A stretch of 64,000 bases of DNA from Octopus bimaculoides (taxonomy: Eukaryota), in contig NC_068988.1 of NCBI RefSeq assembly GCF_001194135.2, forward strand, positions 27,789,782-27,853,781, read 5' to 3'. The notes beneath the pieces were generated by a model. That model ran no database searches. It was not told the origin of the DNA and saw only the letters and a list, made by a program, of their open reading frames with translations. Position numbers and translations under genes: made by a program. The first letter of the stretch is position 1; each line of letters starts with the position of its first letter. This document shows, piece after piece, positions 51,536 to 64,000 of the stretch.

Positions 51536-51790
51536 CTGTGGCATTTAAACAAACATGAAAATTACGTAAGTTCTTTTGGCTTTGTTCCATAGTTTTAGCG
51601 TCTTAAGTTTATGAAACGCATCAAGAATTGACTCCCAATTATCATTTTATCATGGCAATACTACTTTATTTTGAATTGATATTAAAGAATTCTATTGATC
51701 TCTGATTTCAGGTAGTCAGCAATGTATTTAGACATTAGGAAAAAATAGGGTTTTTGAAATTGTGTTGCTATATAGTTTTGATAAAAATAT

Positions 51791-51838
<48 letters not shown>

Positions 51839-52527
51839 ACATTTACTTTTATCTTTTGATATAATCTGTAGTAGTTCCATTGTTGAATTGTTTAAGATAA
51901 TTGTTGAATGGCCTACGTGACATCTACAAGTATTCCTCTCTCTATATATGTTTGTACACATGCACACACATGCTGTAAGAATAAATTGCTTCCTTCAGTC
52001 ACTGCTACAGCTGGTGCATCAGCCTTTGGCTGTAGTTGCTATAATTTAGATGAAGCTGAAAATGAAAAAGGAAATTGAATATATACATGAGCATGCAAAT
52101 ACACATACATGCACACACAAAGAGGGAGAGAGAGACAGAAGGAGTGAGAGAGACGGAAGGAGTGGGGGAGAGAGAGGGAGGGAGGGAGAGAGAGACAGGG
52201 ATGGAGAGACAGGGAGGGAGGGAGAGAGACAGGGAGGGGGGAGAGGGAGAGACACATGCACACTGAGAGAGAGACACACACACACACTATGAGACACACA
52301 CATGCTGAGAGACACACACACACACACACACACANNNNNNNNNNNNNNNNNNNNNNNNNNNNNNNNNNNNNNNNNNNNNNNNNNNNNNNNNNNNNNNNNN
52401 NNNNNNNNNNNNNNNNNNNNNNNNNNNNNNNNNNNNNNNNNNNNNNNNNNNNNNNNNNNNNNNNNNNNNNNNNNNNNNNNNNNNNNNNNNNNNNNNNNNN
52501 NNNNNNNNNNNNNNNNNNNNNNNNNNN

Positions 52528-52560
<33 letters not shown>

Positions 52561-55155
52561 TATAGAGAAATCCAGAATATGATTGCAAGTGAACATCACT
52601 GAACTGCTGAGTAATGATAAAGACAACTGAAAGTTTGTCAATCAGACAATGTGGATTTGATTGTCACATTGCACAAAACTAGTTTTCTTTTCCATTTATT
52701 ACCAATTCTTCTTCATTGATATTTATCATTTAGCATGTAACCTGATACATAATGCTTGTCTTTATTTTCTCTGCCTTCTTGTATGTCATGACCTGAAAAC
52801 ACAAGATAATAATTTTCATATCATCATCATCAACCTCTGGACATTACTGTCTTGAGTCCAAGAGCTCATAGAACTGGTTACCCAGTTTCCATGGGGTAAC
52901 CACCGAACAAGAAACCAGTCCATCCCATGGGTCACTCATTTTACAGTTGAATTGACTGGAACAACATGAAGTGTTTTGCTCAAAAATACAGCACACCACC
53001 CAGTCATAGAATTGAAACCAAAATTTTGCATTTGTAAGTGTAACACCCTAACCACTAGACTATGTACGTTAACTATTAAATTATGTATAGTGTGGACTAA
53101 TTATGTGTTGTTTGTTCAACTGTGTTAATTGAAATTAGTTAACCAAGCTTAGTTTATATTTTTTATGAACTCTTCAGCCTTGGATATTTTGGATTGTAAA
53201 GCTTGAGATAAGAGAAAAGTTATTGTAAATTTGACAGAAATAGTTTATTGATAAGCTGTCATTTAGAGGTGTCAAAACAGGATTTTTCTGTAGAAGCTAA
53301 ACAATTTTGTTCCTATTTTTGCATCTTCTAGAAATGAAGAAAATCTCCTATTGCCTAGAATATTAGAATAGTAAGATTGGTGGCAGGTATTGGTGAAATT
53401 TTTGATGTATAAAAATATATTTCAATGAAAGAAATATATTCTATTTTGATTCTATTCACATTCAAACCATGCCAACATGGAAAACGGACATTAAATGATG
53501 ATGATGATGATCTGGAAAGCTTTCCAGGAATATTAAATCAATCCCAGTACATCATCATCACTTAATATCCGCTTTCCATGCTGGCACAGGTTAGATGGTT
53601 TGACTGAGGACTGGCAAGCCAGGAGGCTGCACCAGGCTCCAATCTGATCTGCTAAGGTTTCTACAGCTGGATGCCCTTCCGAGTGCGTAACTAGTACTTA
53701 ATTTATCGGCGCTGAAAGGATGAAAGGCAAAGTCAACCGTGGCGGAATTTGAGCTCAGAACGTAATGGCTGAAGAAATACCGCTAAGCATTTCGCCCGGA
53801 GTGCTAACGTTTCTGCCAGCACACACACATTTCTGTCTACAAACTTTACTCACAAGGGTTATAGAAGAAAATAGTTGCCTTAGATGCCGTGCAGTGGGAC
53901 TGAACCCTGAAACCATGTGGTTGCAAAGTGAGTATCTTAACCTCATGACCATACCTGTACCTATTTAATGAAGAAAACTAAAAAGCAAAAAGAAGCAGGC
54001 TGTACAGATAATAAACATAAAAACACTGCTAATGTGCATAACTACTTTTTGACCTTTCTTTTAAATGACTTTAATACAGTCACCTTTGTAGCAAGCACCC
54101 AGTCGGAATACTTGACTGCAAGTTAACACAAAATCTTGGTTTATTACTTACTGTTTTGAACTCCATTGCTTATTGTATTTTTCAACATACAAGTCAAATT
54201 TTTCAGACCAAACTTTATAGCCAAAGCAAAGGTAGTTAAATTATACAAGACAGCTTTGGTAGATCAAAAATTCCATGTGAAATGCAACTGGATTTGGAAA
54301 GATAGTGGCAATGTTTGAATGCTTGTGCTACATGTTTACACAATACACTACATTGACTTGTATGCTGGTAAATATAGTATTTGAGGGTATGTGTGATATA
54401 TGCAGGTGTGGCTGTGTAGTTGAGTGGCTTGTTTCCCAATCATGTAGGTTTGGAGCTCATTATCACTGCATGGCATCTTGGGTAGGTTTTTTCTACTATG
54501 CCCCGATCTGGCCAAAGCTTTGTGAGTGGATTTGGTAGACCCAAACTGAAAAACCTGTTGTGTGTGTATATATATATTTATTTATGTGTGCGTTTACCCT
54601 TGTCCAGACATACGATGGTTGTAAATGAGTATCATTATACAAACGAGGGTGTTCACTTCTGTTAAAAACTTGTCTTGCTATGAGAAGATATTACCTGGCT
54701 TGGAAACAGGTGAAGATTGGTGACAGGAAAGGCACCTGATGGTAAAAAGAAGAAAAAATCTGCCTTAACAAATTCTGTCTGACCCATGCAAACATGGAAA
54801 AGTGGATGTTAAATGATAATGATGTTGATTTTCTGTAAGCATAGTCATGTCATTTCATTTGTGATAATTTAATTTTTGAATCCAAGTTTTTTCAGATAAA
54901 ATTGATTAGATACAATGTCCCCTGCCAGCTGGCATTCAGCATAAAAAATAGTCATATTTTCAGATACTTATCTGTATATTGTTGTGATTGTATAATAGAT
55001 TGTGGTGTTAAATTTTATTTACTCTGAGCAGCCATTGTTTTCTGACTGACCAAACTGGTAAGGGAGCCTTTACATAGTTGCTTAACCTAAAAATAGCAGT
55101 CAGATCTCATTCAAATTACACCTGCCTTCTTAAAGTGGAAAGACTCACTAAGATC

Positions 55156-55197
<42 letters not shown>

Positions 55198-55261
55198 GAG
55201 TATGGAGACTTATACATCCACAAAATTTATTGTATAGTTCTATACAGCATATTATAATGAC

Positions 55262-55350
55262 CTACATGTGTTTCTGCTGCAGTTTCATCAGGATCTGTCC
55301 ATTTGGTCATCCTCGAAGTGCACTGATTGGAGTGAATTTTTTTTACTGTT
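55262..55350 (-). CDS. Weak candidate coding exon (89 bp, phase 2 to 1)
   Basis: ctcccacctctcacag|...gtag|gtcatt; TVKKIHSNQCTSRMTKWTDPDETAAETHV. Confidence 0.2.
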
Positions 55351-56827
55351 CTGTGAGAGGTGGGAGTGTTGTTATTTATAGATATGTGCTATTGACCTCA
55401 ACTTCACCGCAGTCTCTATCCAAAGTTAGGGCTTGGTTTTAAAATTGGTTAAGGTTGTGATTTCTTCAATAATTCTTGTGTAAAAATATCCAAATTTACA
55501 AATGTACCACTTCTCCAATGTTCACCTTCCTGTAGCTTGGGTATTACACCCTGACACATCTTCACCACCATCTTCTCTCATTTCTAACTGAGGTAACTAT
55601 GTATCTTCTCTACTCTGAGACACCTGTTCTTATCTCTCTATCTTACTTTAACCTTCTGTCACCTGCCATAATGCCACCTCCCTCAATAACACACTCTCTC
55701 ATTTGAGAGGTTTTGTCTTGCAAGTTACCTAGTAATCTCACTGGTGTCTGTGTTTTGTAAAAAGCACCCAGTACACACTGTAAAATGATAGGCATTAGGA
55801 AGGGTATCTAACTGTAGAAACCATTCCAAAGCAGACATTGAGCCATAGCAGAATCCTCTGGCTCGTCAATGCCTGTTGAACTGTTGAACCTTAGCCAGCA
55901 TGGAAAAACATATGCTAAATGAGGATAATGACAATATCATGTCTTTGGAATCATGGAAAATGCATATAAATGTTAAAACAATAAAATAGGAAAACATAAC
56001 AGACAATATTTTGTTTTTATGCAATTTTTGAACCTGGTTACATCAATAATTAAAGTGTATAAATTTTCACGTTGGTCTAATTGTCAACCCAATTATGACA
56101 TCATTGGGATGCTGCCAAGATATTGTGCTAAATTTTCATTGTTTATTGTTTATAAGATCATAATTACAACGTGTGTCTGTCCTGTAATCTTTTCATTATT
56201 TATAATGCCCGGACAAGAATTTGTCTCTTTAGTTTCTATCTTGCCATTGTGTAATCATTTTTGGTTGAGCAGTCTGTGGTAGGTGATCCTGTAGGTAGTC
56301 AATCAAATATCTAATTACAATCCAAATGTCTGTTCTGAATATATCATATTTGCATTTGCCAAACACAATGCTGTGAAATTCGACATGCAGTTATTGTTGT
56401 TGTTGTTCTAGGCTTACATTGATTGCAGATCTTTGATCAAACATGTTCTAGTCTTTTTCTAAAAATTTTAGGACTTCATTATTTCATGCATCCCGTTCTT
56501 TCTTAATGCATTGGGATGTGATTGAAGAGTGTTTTGGTCGCTATTTCATGCAGCGCAAACGACTACATAGAATCTCATTTGTTCATTTACAATGGTTTAT
56601 CATATGAAGTGAATCAATTCTAGCCTGTTGCTTTTGTTTTTTTCCACCTCATTGTTGGCACAGGAGTGGAGTGGCTGTGTGGTTAAGAAGTTTGCTCTTC
56701 AACCACATGGGTTCAAGTTCAGTTCCACTACATGGAACCTAGGGCAAGTGTCTTCTACTATAATCTCAGGCTGGCTAAGGCCTTGTGAGTGGATTTAGTA
56801 GTTTGGAGCTGAAAGAAGCCGCGCGTG

Positions 56828-56859
<32 letters not shown>

Positions 56860-57614
56860 TGAGCGCATGCATGTGTGTGTGCATGCATTCATGTATGCAT
56901 GTGTAAGTTTATCTATGTGTTGGTGTGTGCATGTGTTTATGTATGTGTGTATGCATGCGTTTCTGTATGTGTGTATGCATGCGTTTCTGTATGTGAGTGT
57001 GTCAGTATATGTATCTCCTTGTCTTGACATTGCATAATTGTTGTAAATGAATATCATTCATTTCCAATATACTACAAAAGGGCATCTGGCTGTAGAAAAT
57101 CTCACTGGCCCTTTTGAGGCCAATGAACTTAATACTTTTAATGTTCCATTTAAACTGTTGCAGGGAAAAGATTCTAGAGGGTCAACGTTCTGAGACATTG
57201 CATAGCGGTCAGTGCAGGACCAGGGCTTAAGTGGGAATGTACACAGTAGGATTGCCAAGTGGTGGAAGGATGAGCAGGTTGGAAATGCATGTTTGCTAGA
57301 AGTACCTGACTTTCAGTGGAGATATCTTCAGAGACCCCTGTGAGGCCCAAAGTTTGAAAGGTACTTTTTATGTACTACCAGCACAGGTGCCAGTTATGCG
57401 ACACTGGCATCAGCCATTACTTTGATTTTCATATATATGTATTAAAAACTTTATCATGATGCTAACTTTTCTTTCCAATGCCAGAAAATACATCAACTTT
57501 AAGCAGCAGTTGGCTTTCTACAAAGCTCAAGTGAGATGTACAATAGATGAACAACTGCTATACACACAAACTACTTAAATCATCAGAAAGCCATCTGTCT
57601 GATTGGCTAGGACT

Positions 57615-57850
57615 TACTAACAGGATCCTTATCTCTAAGACTCCTCTCTCTGCCTCTCTACCATTGCTACAGTGGCTTTTGCTCCTCAGAGTGAGCTAAT
57701 TGCACACTGCTTCCACTTACATGACACACTCGTTTCTTTTCCTCTCATCACTAATTCTGTGTCATCCTTGCCAAGCACCACACTAGCAAATGTTTCTAAT
57801 ACTTCTCCAGAATATTAACACTCTGAAATTCCCTTCTTGACCATGTTTTT
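57615..57850 (+). pseudogene. Degenerate CR1/L2-group LINE 3' fragment
   Basis: Frameshifted translation resembles SL.LFY..Y.G.CSSEL...P....SLP..HT....N.FF.R...LWNSLP. Confidence 0.55.
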
Positions 57851-57879
57851 CTTGAAGTGTTCACTTGTAATTGTACTGT

Positions 57880-58110
57880 CATCATTTAATGTCCACTTTT
57901 CCATACTTTCATGGTGAAGACGGAAATTTGTCGAGGCAGATTTTCTCAGGCTGGATGTTCTTCCTGTTGCCAACCTTCACCTGTTTCCAAGTGAGGTAAT
58001 ATTTTCCTATGACCAAACATTTTCATGGAAGACTGGAAATGGACACTGCTTGCATGATGGTGACACTCGTTTACTACTAGCATGCAATGCCAAGGAAAGG
58101 AGACAGTAGT
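57880..58110 (-). mobile_element. Older (GAT)-tailed retroposon, family F
   Basis: gaatttgtcgaggcagattttct...cctgttgccaac...cctgtttccaag...gacactgcttg is shared with 29440-29700(-), 43330-43560(-) and 54590-54825(+). Confidence 0.75.
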
Positions 58111-58339
58111 GCACACACACACAGAGCCTTTTTTCTTTCAATTTCAGTCTACCAGATCCTCTCAAAAGGCTTTGGTCAGCTCGGGTCTGTAGTGGAAGAC
58201 ACAATCACAAGGTAGTACCATGCAGTAGGACTGAACCTAGAACCGTATGGTTGGAAAGCAAATTTCTTACCACACAGCCATGCCTGCACTTACAATCTGA
58301 AGATCAACTTTATCAGTCTCCTTTTGATTCACTCGGTGC

Positions 58340-58655
58340 TCTGTTGGTTACAATGACTAGTGTCCCAGTTGATCAGATGAATGAAACATCCTGCTCATGA
58401 AATTAATGTGCAAGTAGCTGAGTACTCCACGGACACACATACGCTTAATGTAGTTCTCAAGGAGATTCAGCGTGACAGAAAATATGACAAGGCTGGCCCT
58501 TTGATCTACAGGAGCTATTCATTTTCGCCAGCTGAGTGGACTGGAGCAATGTGAAATAAAGCGTCTTGCTCAAGGACAGAACACACCTCCGGTTATCAAA
58601 CTCACGACCTTACAATTGTGAACTGAAAATCCTAACCACTAAGCCACGTGCCTTC
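58340..58655 (-). mobile_element. SINE family E: tRNA head plus CORE-like body, here carrying a family-B-type tail
   Basis: The shared body tgtccttgagcaagacgctttatttcacattgctccagtccactcagctgg also occurs at 5640-5828, 8344-8605, 38895-39098, 43865-44130 and 52850-53066 (all minus). Confidence 0.8.
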
Positions 58656-59213
58656 CTTTTGACTCAGATGGGTAGGTCATTGGCACAATTCCTTCCTCCT
58701 GATGAAACTATTAAAGAGAATGATAAACCATAATTATTGACAGATGAACTTACATATTTCAGATAGTTCATCCTATATTCCTGACTTGACCTAAATTGTC
58801 CTCTTCATCTCTTTCTATTATTTCACTTCTTGCACTGACATGTTATTAAGTGCTTCCTCCCCTACACCAATTAATGTCAGTTAATCTTTGTTGCCTCTGC
58901 TAGTGTCATGCACACAAATTCTGCAGTGTTTACATGTCATGTCAAAGTAATTGTTTTTCTAGAACTAATAATGGTTCTTTTATTCTTAATAACAACTTAA
59001 GCAGTTGGGCAGAATTCAATAAATGGTATTTTGGGAAAGAACTCCCTTGTTTACTTGCTTCTCATTGTTTGTATTTGTGTGTGCAGATGTGTGTGTGTGC
59101 GTGCAGATGGGTGTATGTGTGCACATGGATTTTCTCATGACTGTGTAAGTGTTTCTTTGTATACTAGTGCATGCATGTATTTGGGAAAGTTACATGTAAT
59201 TACATGCATGCAG

Positions 59214-59244
<31 letters not shown>

Positions 59245-59694
59245 AATGATAAAAGTAACAACAAAAGAATGAGACCTCAATATATATATATATATCATCA
59301 TCGTCATCATCGTTTAACGTCCGTCTTCCATGCTAGCATGGGTTGGACAATTTGACTGAGGACTGGCGAACCAGACCAGAAGGCTGCACCAGACTCCAAT
59401 CTGATCTGGCAGAGTTTCTACAGCTGGATGCCCTTCCTAATATATATGTTGAAGTGAATCTAACGGTTTTTGTGTGTTTCTTAAGTGGCTTATAAACACT
59501 TTCTACATTGCAATTGTTTTCGTTCCAGCACACGATCTCAGATCAGGTCACTTGCTATGCAAGTACATCTCCGTAATTTCATGATTGTAATATTACTATA
59601 CATGCACAACATATTATTGGTTATTGTAATATAGACATCATCTTATCTAACGTTATGTTATCAAAGATATAACAGCCAAATATATATGTGTATA

Positions 59695-59720
59695 TATATA
59701 TATATATATATAAATGAGAA

Positions 59721-59799
<79 letters not shown>

Positions 59800-60081
59800 N
59801 NNNNNNNNNNNNNNNNNNNNNNNNNNNNNNNNNNNNNNNNNNNNNNNNNNNNNNNNNNNNNNNNNNNNNNNNNNNNNNNNNNNNNNNNNNNNNNNNNNNN
59901 NNNNNNNNNNNNNNNNNNNNNNNNNNNNNNNNNNNNNNNNNNNNNNNNNNNNNNNNNNNNNNNNNNNNNNNNNNNNNNNNNNNNNNNNNNNNNNNNNNNN
60001 NNNNNNNNNNNNNNNNNNNNNNNNNNNNNNNNNNNNNNNNNNNNNNNNNNNNNNNNNNNTACTGTAATGACAGATACTTTC

Positions 60082-60132
<51 letters not shown>

Positions 60133-61017
60133 TATATGTATACATATAGATGTATATGTACACGTTATTCCACTAACTGAAACAATCACATTTCGATACT
60201 GTAATGACAGATACTTTCAGAGAGAGAGAGAAAGAGAGATGTATATGTATATATTATAGATGTACACGTATATGTATATATATATATAGATATATAGATA
60301 TAGATCTATATGCATACATGTATATGTATACATATGTGTAGATGTATATATATATATATAGATGTACATGTAATATGTACACATATATATACATGCATAC
60401 AGATATCTATACATATATACACCCATCACACACATACACATGCACACAAACACACACATTAGTCATTTTTCTTATCCAAAACTACGTCAAAAGTACTGAA
60501 TGGATCTTTTGGAAATTATGTTCTATGCATAACGGCCATAACTCCCATGAAAATTCATATATTTTTGATGTTGATGAAATTTTAACCCGAACGTAACAGA
60601 TGAGCATTATTTGTAATTCAACGGTACAAGTGTAACACTACCCTTTCAGATATACTTACATTGTGATTTCTGCAATGTGGTGCATAAATTGTCAAGTAAA
60701 TGAGACGCATCTTTGCCTCCACTGATTCACTTGCAAAGTGTTGAGTAAAATTATTTCGTTGCAGACCTCCTTTGGGTCTTTTTATTATCACTGCGACACA
60801 CATAGTCCCCAGTTGGTAACATTGATTTCAAGGCTTTCCCAGATGAGAGACTGGCATTCCACTTAATGTCTATGTTCCATGCTGGCATGGATTGGAGAGT
60901 TATTAATGTAGAAATATGGTATCGTAGCTACTAACAGTTGAGGGTTGTGTAGTCTAGACAGCGTTTTTAGATTTCATTATTCCCTTTAACCCAGGCAAAG
61001 CCTGGTATTTCTGCTAG
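59695..61017 (+). mobile_element. Second copy of the same Helitron-like family (gap inside, internal duplication, extra internal segment)
   Basis: Same 5' motif (taaatgagaatgtctgtctg); the internal block ttattccactaactgaaacaatcacatttcgatactg is shared with 4234-4530; 3' hairpin ccaggc-aaa-gcctgg followed by tatttctgCTAG|t. Confidence 0.7.
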
Positions 61018-61934
61018 TATATATATATATAATATGATATTTACCACATGAACTATGATGAAAAAAATATGAGATAGATATGGTATATTTTTTTTGTGTA
61101 GGGGTTTCTTGAGACATGGAATTTATTTTAAGGGTTATGCAAGGGTAAAAAGGTTGAGAAACACTGGACAAATGTATCCTGGTGAAGGGGAGCATCAACT
61201 GCAGGTGAAAGTTGAGACAAAATAAGTTTTGGCATAATGGAGTTCAGTGTGATAATGTTGGTTTTGTTAGATAGATGCCAGATCAAAATGAATGTAATAT
61301 TGATGTATTATAAATCTGCCCTACTAATACTTGTATAAAATTGTAAATATTAAACTGGTGCTAATGGTGATAATGATTTTTTTTTTTTTTTTTTTTTTTC
61401 CAAATTAAAGTGAATGTTTTCTCTCTCACCTATACTCCTCGCTGTCTTGAAGATATGTGCAAGAGCATAATTCAAATAAATTACTTGAATCAAGATATTT
61501 TATCTAAATTACATTCTATAGAATCACACTCTGAAAATCAATTAACATCTAAAAATATGAAATATACATTTATTAACAAATTGTTTTGATTTTCTCTTCG
61601 TAACATGTAAAAGCATGTTTATCCTCGTCTCTACTGATTTTTATTTCCTAAGAATATTTTGTAGTTTTTAATCTGGGTCAAGAACTACTTTCAAGTGATT
61701 TAGCAAGCTGTAATGCCAGTAGCAATTATCTACTTGTGGACAAGAGCTACCTTGATTTAACAATAAATTAGACATCCACTTTGAAAAGAATTCATATCAG
61801 AAAATATACATAAATCCATCTATTCATCTATTTTCATTGCCCACTATTCCTGGAAGGGTTGTGGAGTAGAGTCTCCAGGCATCACCTCTCTAGGGTTCCC
61901 AAATATAACCAACTGAAACTATGGATATTATCCA

Positions 61935-62225
61935 ACCATTTTGTTCTTGATCTTACCCCTAGCTTTCCTGCCACCTACTTGACTTGTGACCCTTTTCTGT
62001 GACATTCTAGTACAACAACTGTGACCTCTCAATGTGAAGAAGTAGCACCTTGACCTTGAGACTCCCTGATCTCTGAGCTACACATTACTTCAGAGACCCT
62101 TCACATGCATCTCATTTTGGTTGCTTGTATTTGCAATTCTACTTTTTCGGTCATTACCCAACATCCATGACCATATGGAAGATAGGTTGGAGAACTGAAC
62201 TGAAGATAGCAAGTTTGGTTTTTTT
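61935..62225 (-). pseudogene. Degenerate RTE-clade LINE fragment
   Basis: Minus strand reads KTKLAIFSSVLQPI..YGHGCWVMTEKVELQIQATKMRC...EIRESLKVKVLLLHIERSQL. Confidence 0.75.
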
Positions 62226-62964
62226 TAAACCTTCTTCTGAAGGTCAAATGCTGAAGCAAGTACATTACTCAGTATCCAAAGTAGAATATCTGTGAAGATC
62301 ATAATTTGTAGTATTATCAAATACACCTATTTTCAACTGTTTTCTTTTTTTCATCTATAGACCCATTTGATTACTATTTTATTCTGGTGGACGCCCATAG
62401 CCATTCCATGTTTAAAAACTAGTTTTATAGATACTTCTTTCAAAATTCCTATTTTGCTTTGCACACATTAACTTGTGTAGGTTGAACTACGTAAAATGTT
62501 TGAGGAAAAAAAAAATGTTTCTTGCAATAAATACATCTAAGACAAAATTTTTTTCTGAATCCTTAATATATTACTGTGGGTCCCTAATTTACTATTTTGC
62601 TTCCATGGACCCCACCCCTGAAAAAAAAAATCTTATATGCATCCCCAGGAGTCATATAGTCCCTGGTTGAAAACCGTTGATTTAGTACAGAAAGGAAGGG
62701 AACATACAAGAAAAAAATTAATTAGGAAATTTAATTAACTCTTGCGAGCAGCATTTCCACTTAACCTAAGGAGAAATGGAGACTAGACTGCAGCCATGCT
62801 GGAGCATCACCTCCAAAGATTCACACACAAGGCATTAGTGGCTAACAGTTCTGGCAGCTCGCTGTCCATGTTTATTGTATCAACAAAGTCTTTGTGGAAG
62901 GTGTAAATATTGCATGCTGTTATTTTTTCATTGTCTTTTGATTTGTGATGATGAGGTGGGTTTA

Positions 62965-63170
62965 ATCATCATCATCATTATCGTTTAACGTCTGCTTTCC
63001 ATGCTAGCATGGGTTGGACGATTTGACTGAGGACTGGCAAGCCAGAAGGCTGCACCAGGCTCCAATCTGATCTGGCAGAGTTTCTACTGTTGGATGCCCT
63101 TCCTAACGCCAACCACTCCGAGAGTGTAGTGGGTGCTTTTACATGCCACCGGCACGAGGGCCAGTCACAC
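62965..63170 (-). mobile_element. (GAT)n-tailed retroposon, family C (RTE-type 3' tail); representative copy
   Basis: The conserved end ...gtccaacccatgctagcatggaaagcggacgttaaacgatgatgatg recurs at about 3365-3448(+), 3807-3962(-), 8860-9070(-), 10365-10520(-), 18160-18365(+), 21583-21732(-), 32575-33060(-), 38610-38830(-), 41075-41215(+), 46215-46340(+), 53553-53680(-), 59296-59440(-). The RTE link is inferred from the short-tandem tail type. Confidence 0.85.
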
Positions 63171-63895
63171 AGTACTGACAACAGCCAAGCTCAGTACTGG
63201 CAACGGCCAGAAATATAACAACTGGTTTCTGAACTCAAGAAAGCAACATCAAGCCCATGACATGGTGGCCCTGTTGAATCCAGCTTAACCCCTCCCCTTT
63301 ATAATAATGAGAAACGAGAGTAGCATCAAAACCACAGGGATTTTCTTTATCTCCTTTATTTGTCTTGTATGTTTTAATAATTAGATTAACAAAGTCTTAT
63401 GTTAAGTCTTATGTGTGTGTTTTTAAATGGAATTCATCTTTCTTATTTGATATAATCAACTGATACGGGGATTAATTACTCTATCCCATATTAAAGGCGC
63501 TTAATTTTAATATCCTCGACACTAATTAAGTGTTTGGACTTTTAAAATAAATCAATTTTTACAAGGTTTGGCAAGATTTATACATATTTTAGATCTATAT
63601 TAGATTATTAGATATTTATTTCTTGAGATTTAGTAATAATTTATTTAATGAAGTGAATAAAATTTTTAATGTCTGATTGGTGTGTAGTTCACCTCATGAA
63701 ATGTCTACTGTGGATATTTATGTGGTAGGATTAGCTCTTAATCCTTTTCGCTGTTGTTAACACTGCATATAATATACATGGTCAGATGCTGTTGTTATAT
63801 AGAATTGCTTATGTACTTTTTCACTTAGAATAAGGCTTGGTTTTTATATGTAATGTACACGATAGTTGACAGATGCTGTAATTGTAACTTTTCAC

Positions 63896-63992
63896 CTGCT
63901 GGTGTTCTTGAAATGTTGCTGCCACGTACTCCTTGTATATGCAATCAGTTTGTTCTCCTTAACATTTCGCCACCTGTCTGCTTTATATCCCA
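63896..63992 (-). CDS. Candidate internal coding exon of an unidentified gene (97 bp, phase 1 to 2)
   Basis: ttttcag|...cag|gtgaaa; only one open frame: GYKADRWRNVKENKLIAYTRSTWQQHFKNTS. The acceptor context is cut by the window edge. Confidence 0.5.
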
Positions 63993-64000
63993 CTGAAAAT

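Noticed and set aside
4243-60459. Long ORFs in the track spanning N runs or built from (CA)n/(TA)n/(GA)n/(CAT)n, including His-rich and Val-Cys-rich peptides
   Set aside because: They are products of microsatellites and gaps, with no coding signature.

Overview
AT-rich, repeat-dense metazoan genomic DNA from a draft assembly with many N gaps next to microsatellites. The repeat repertoire (several tRNA-derived SINE families, RTE-type and CR1/L2-type LINE debris, Helitron-like elements, hAT/piggyBac/mariner MITEs, dense (TA)n/(CA)n/(GA)n/(GAT)n tracts) looks like a coleoid cephalopod, probably Octopus; this is an inference from remembered repeat motifs, not a database match. The only confidently recognisable protein-coding sequence is a Penelope-like retroelement (RT plus GIY-YIG endonuclease, 33602-35395) with open frames on both sides of a gap. 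No host gene could be named. The most interesting non-TE region is a SINE-free, CpG-retaining domain at about 21.7-27.5 kb. It holds a candidate Pol II promoter (overlapping ETS-CRE motif, TATA-like box, AP-1 site, two splice donors) and a downstream pre-miRNA-like hairpin. Several orphan exon candidates occur, including a phase-compatible minus-strand chain at 63.9, 55.3 and 51.5 kb. No rRNA, genuine tRNA or CRISPR array is supported. Nearly all other ORFs in the track are microsatellite or N-gap artefacts. SINE boundaries are approximate.
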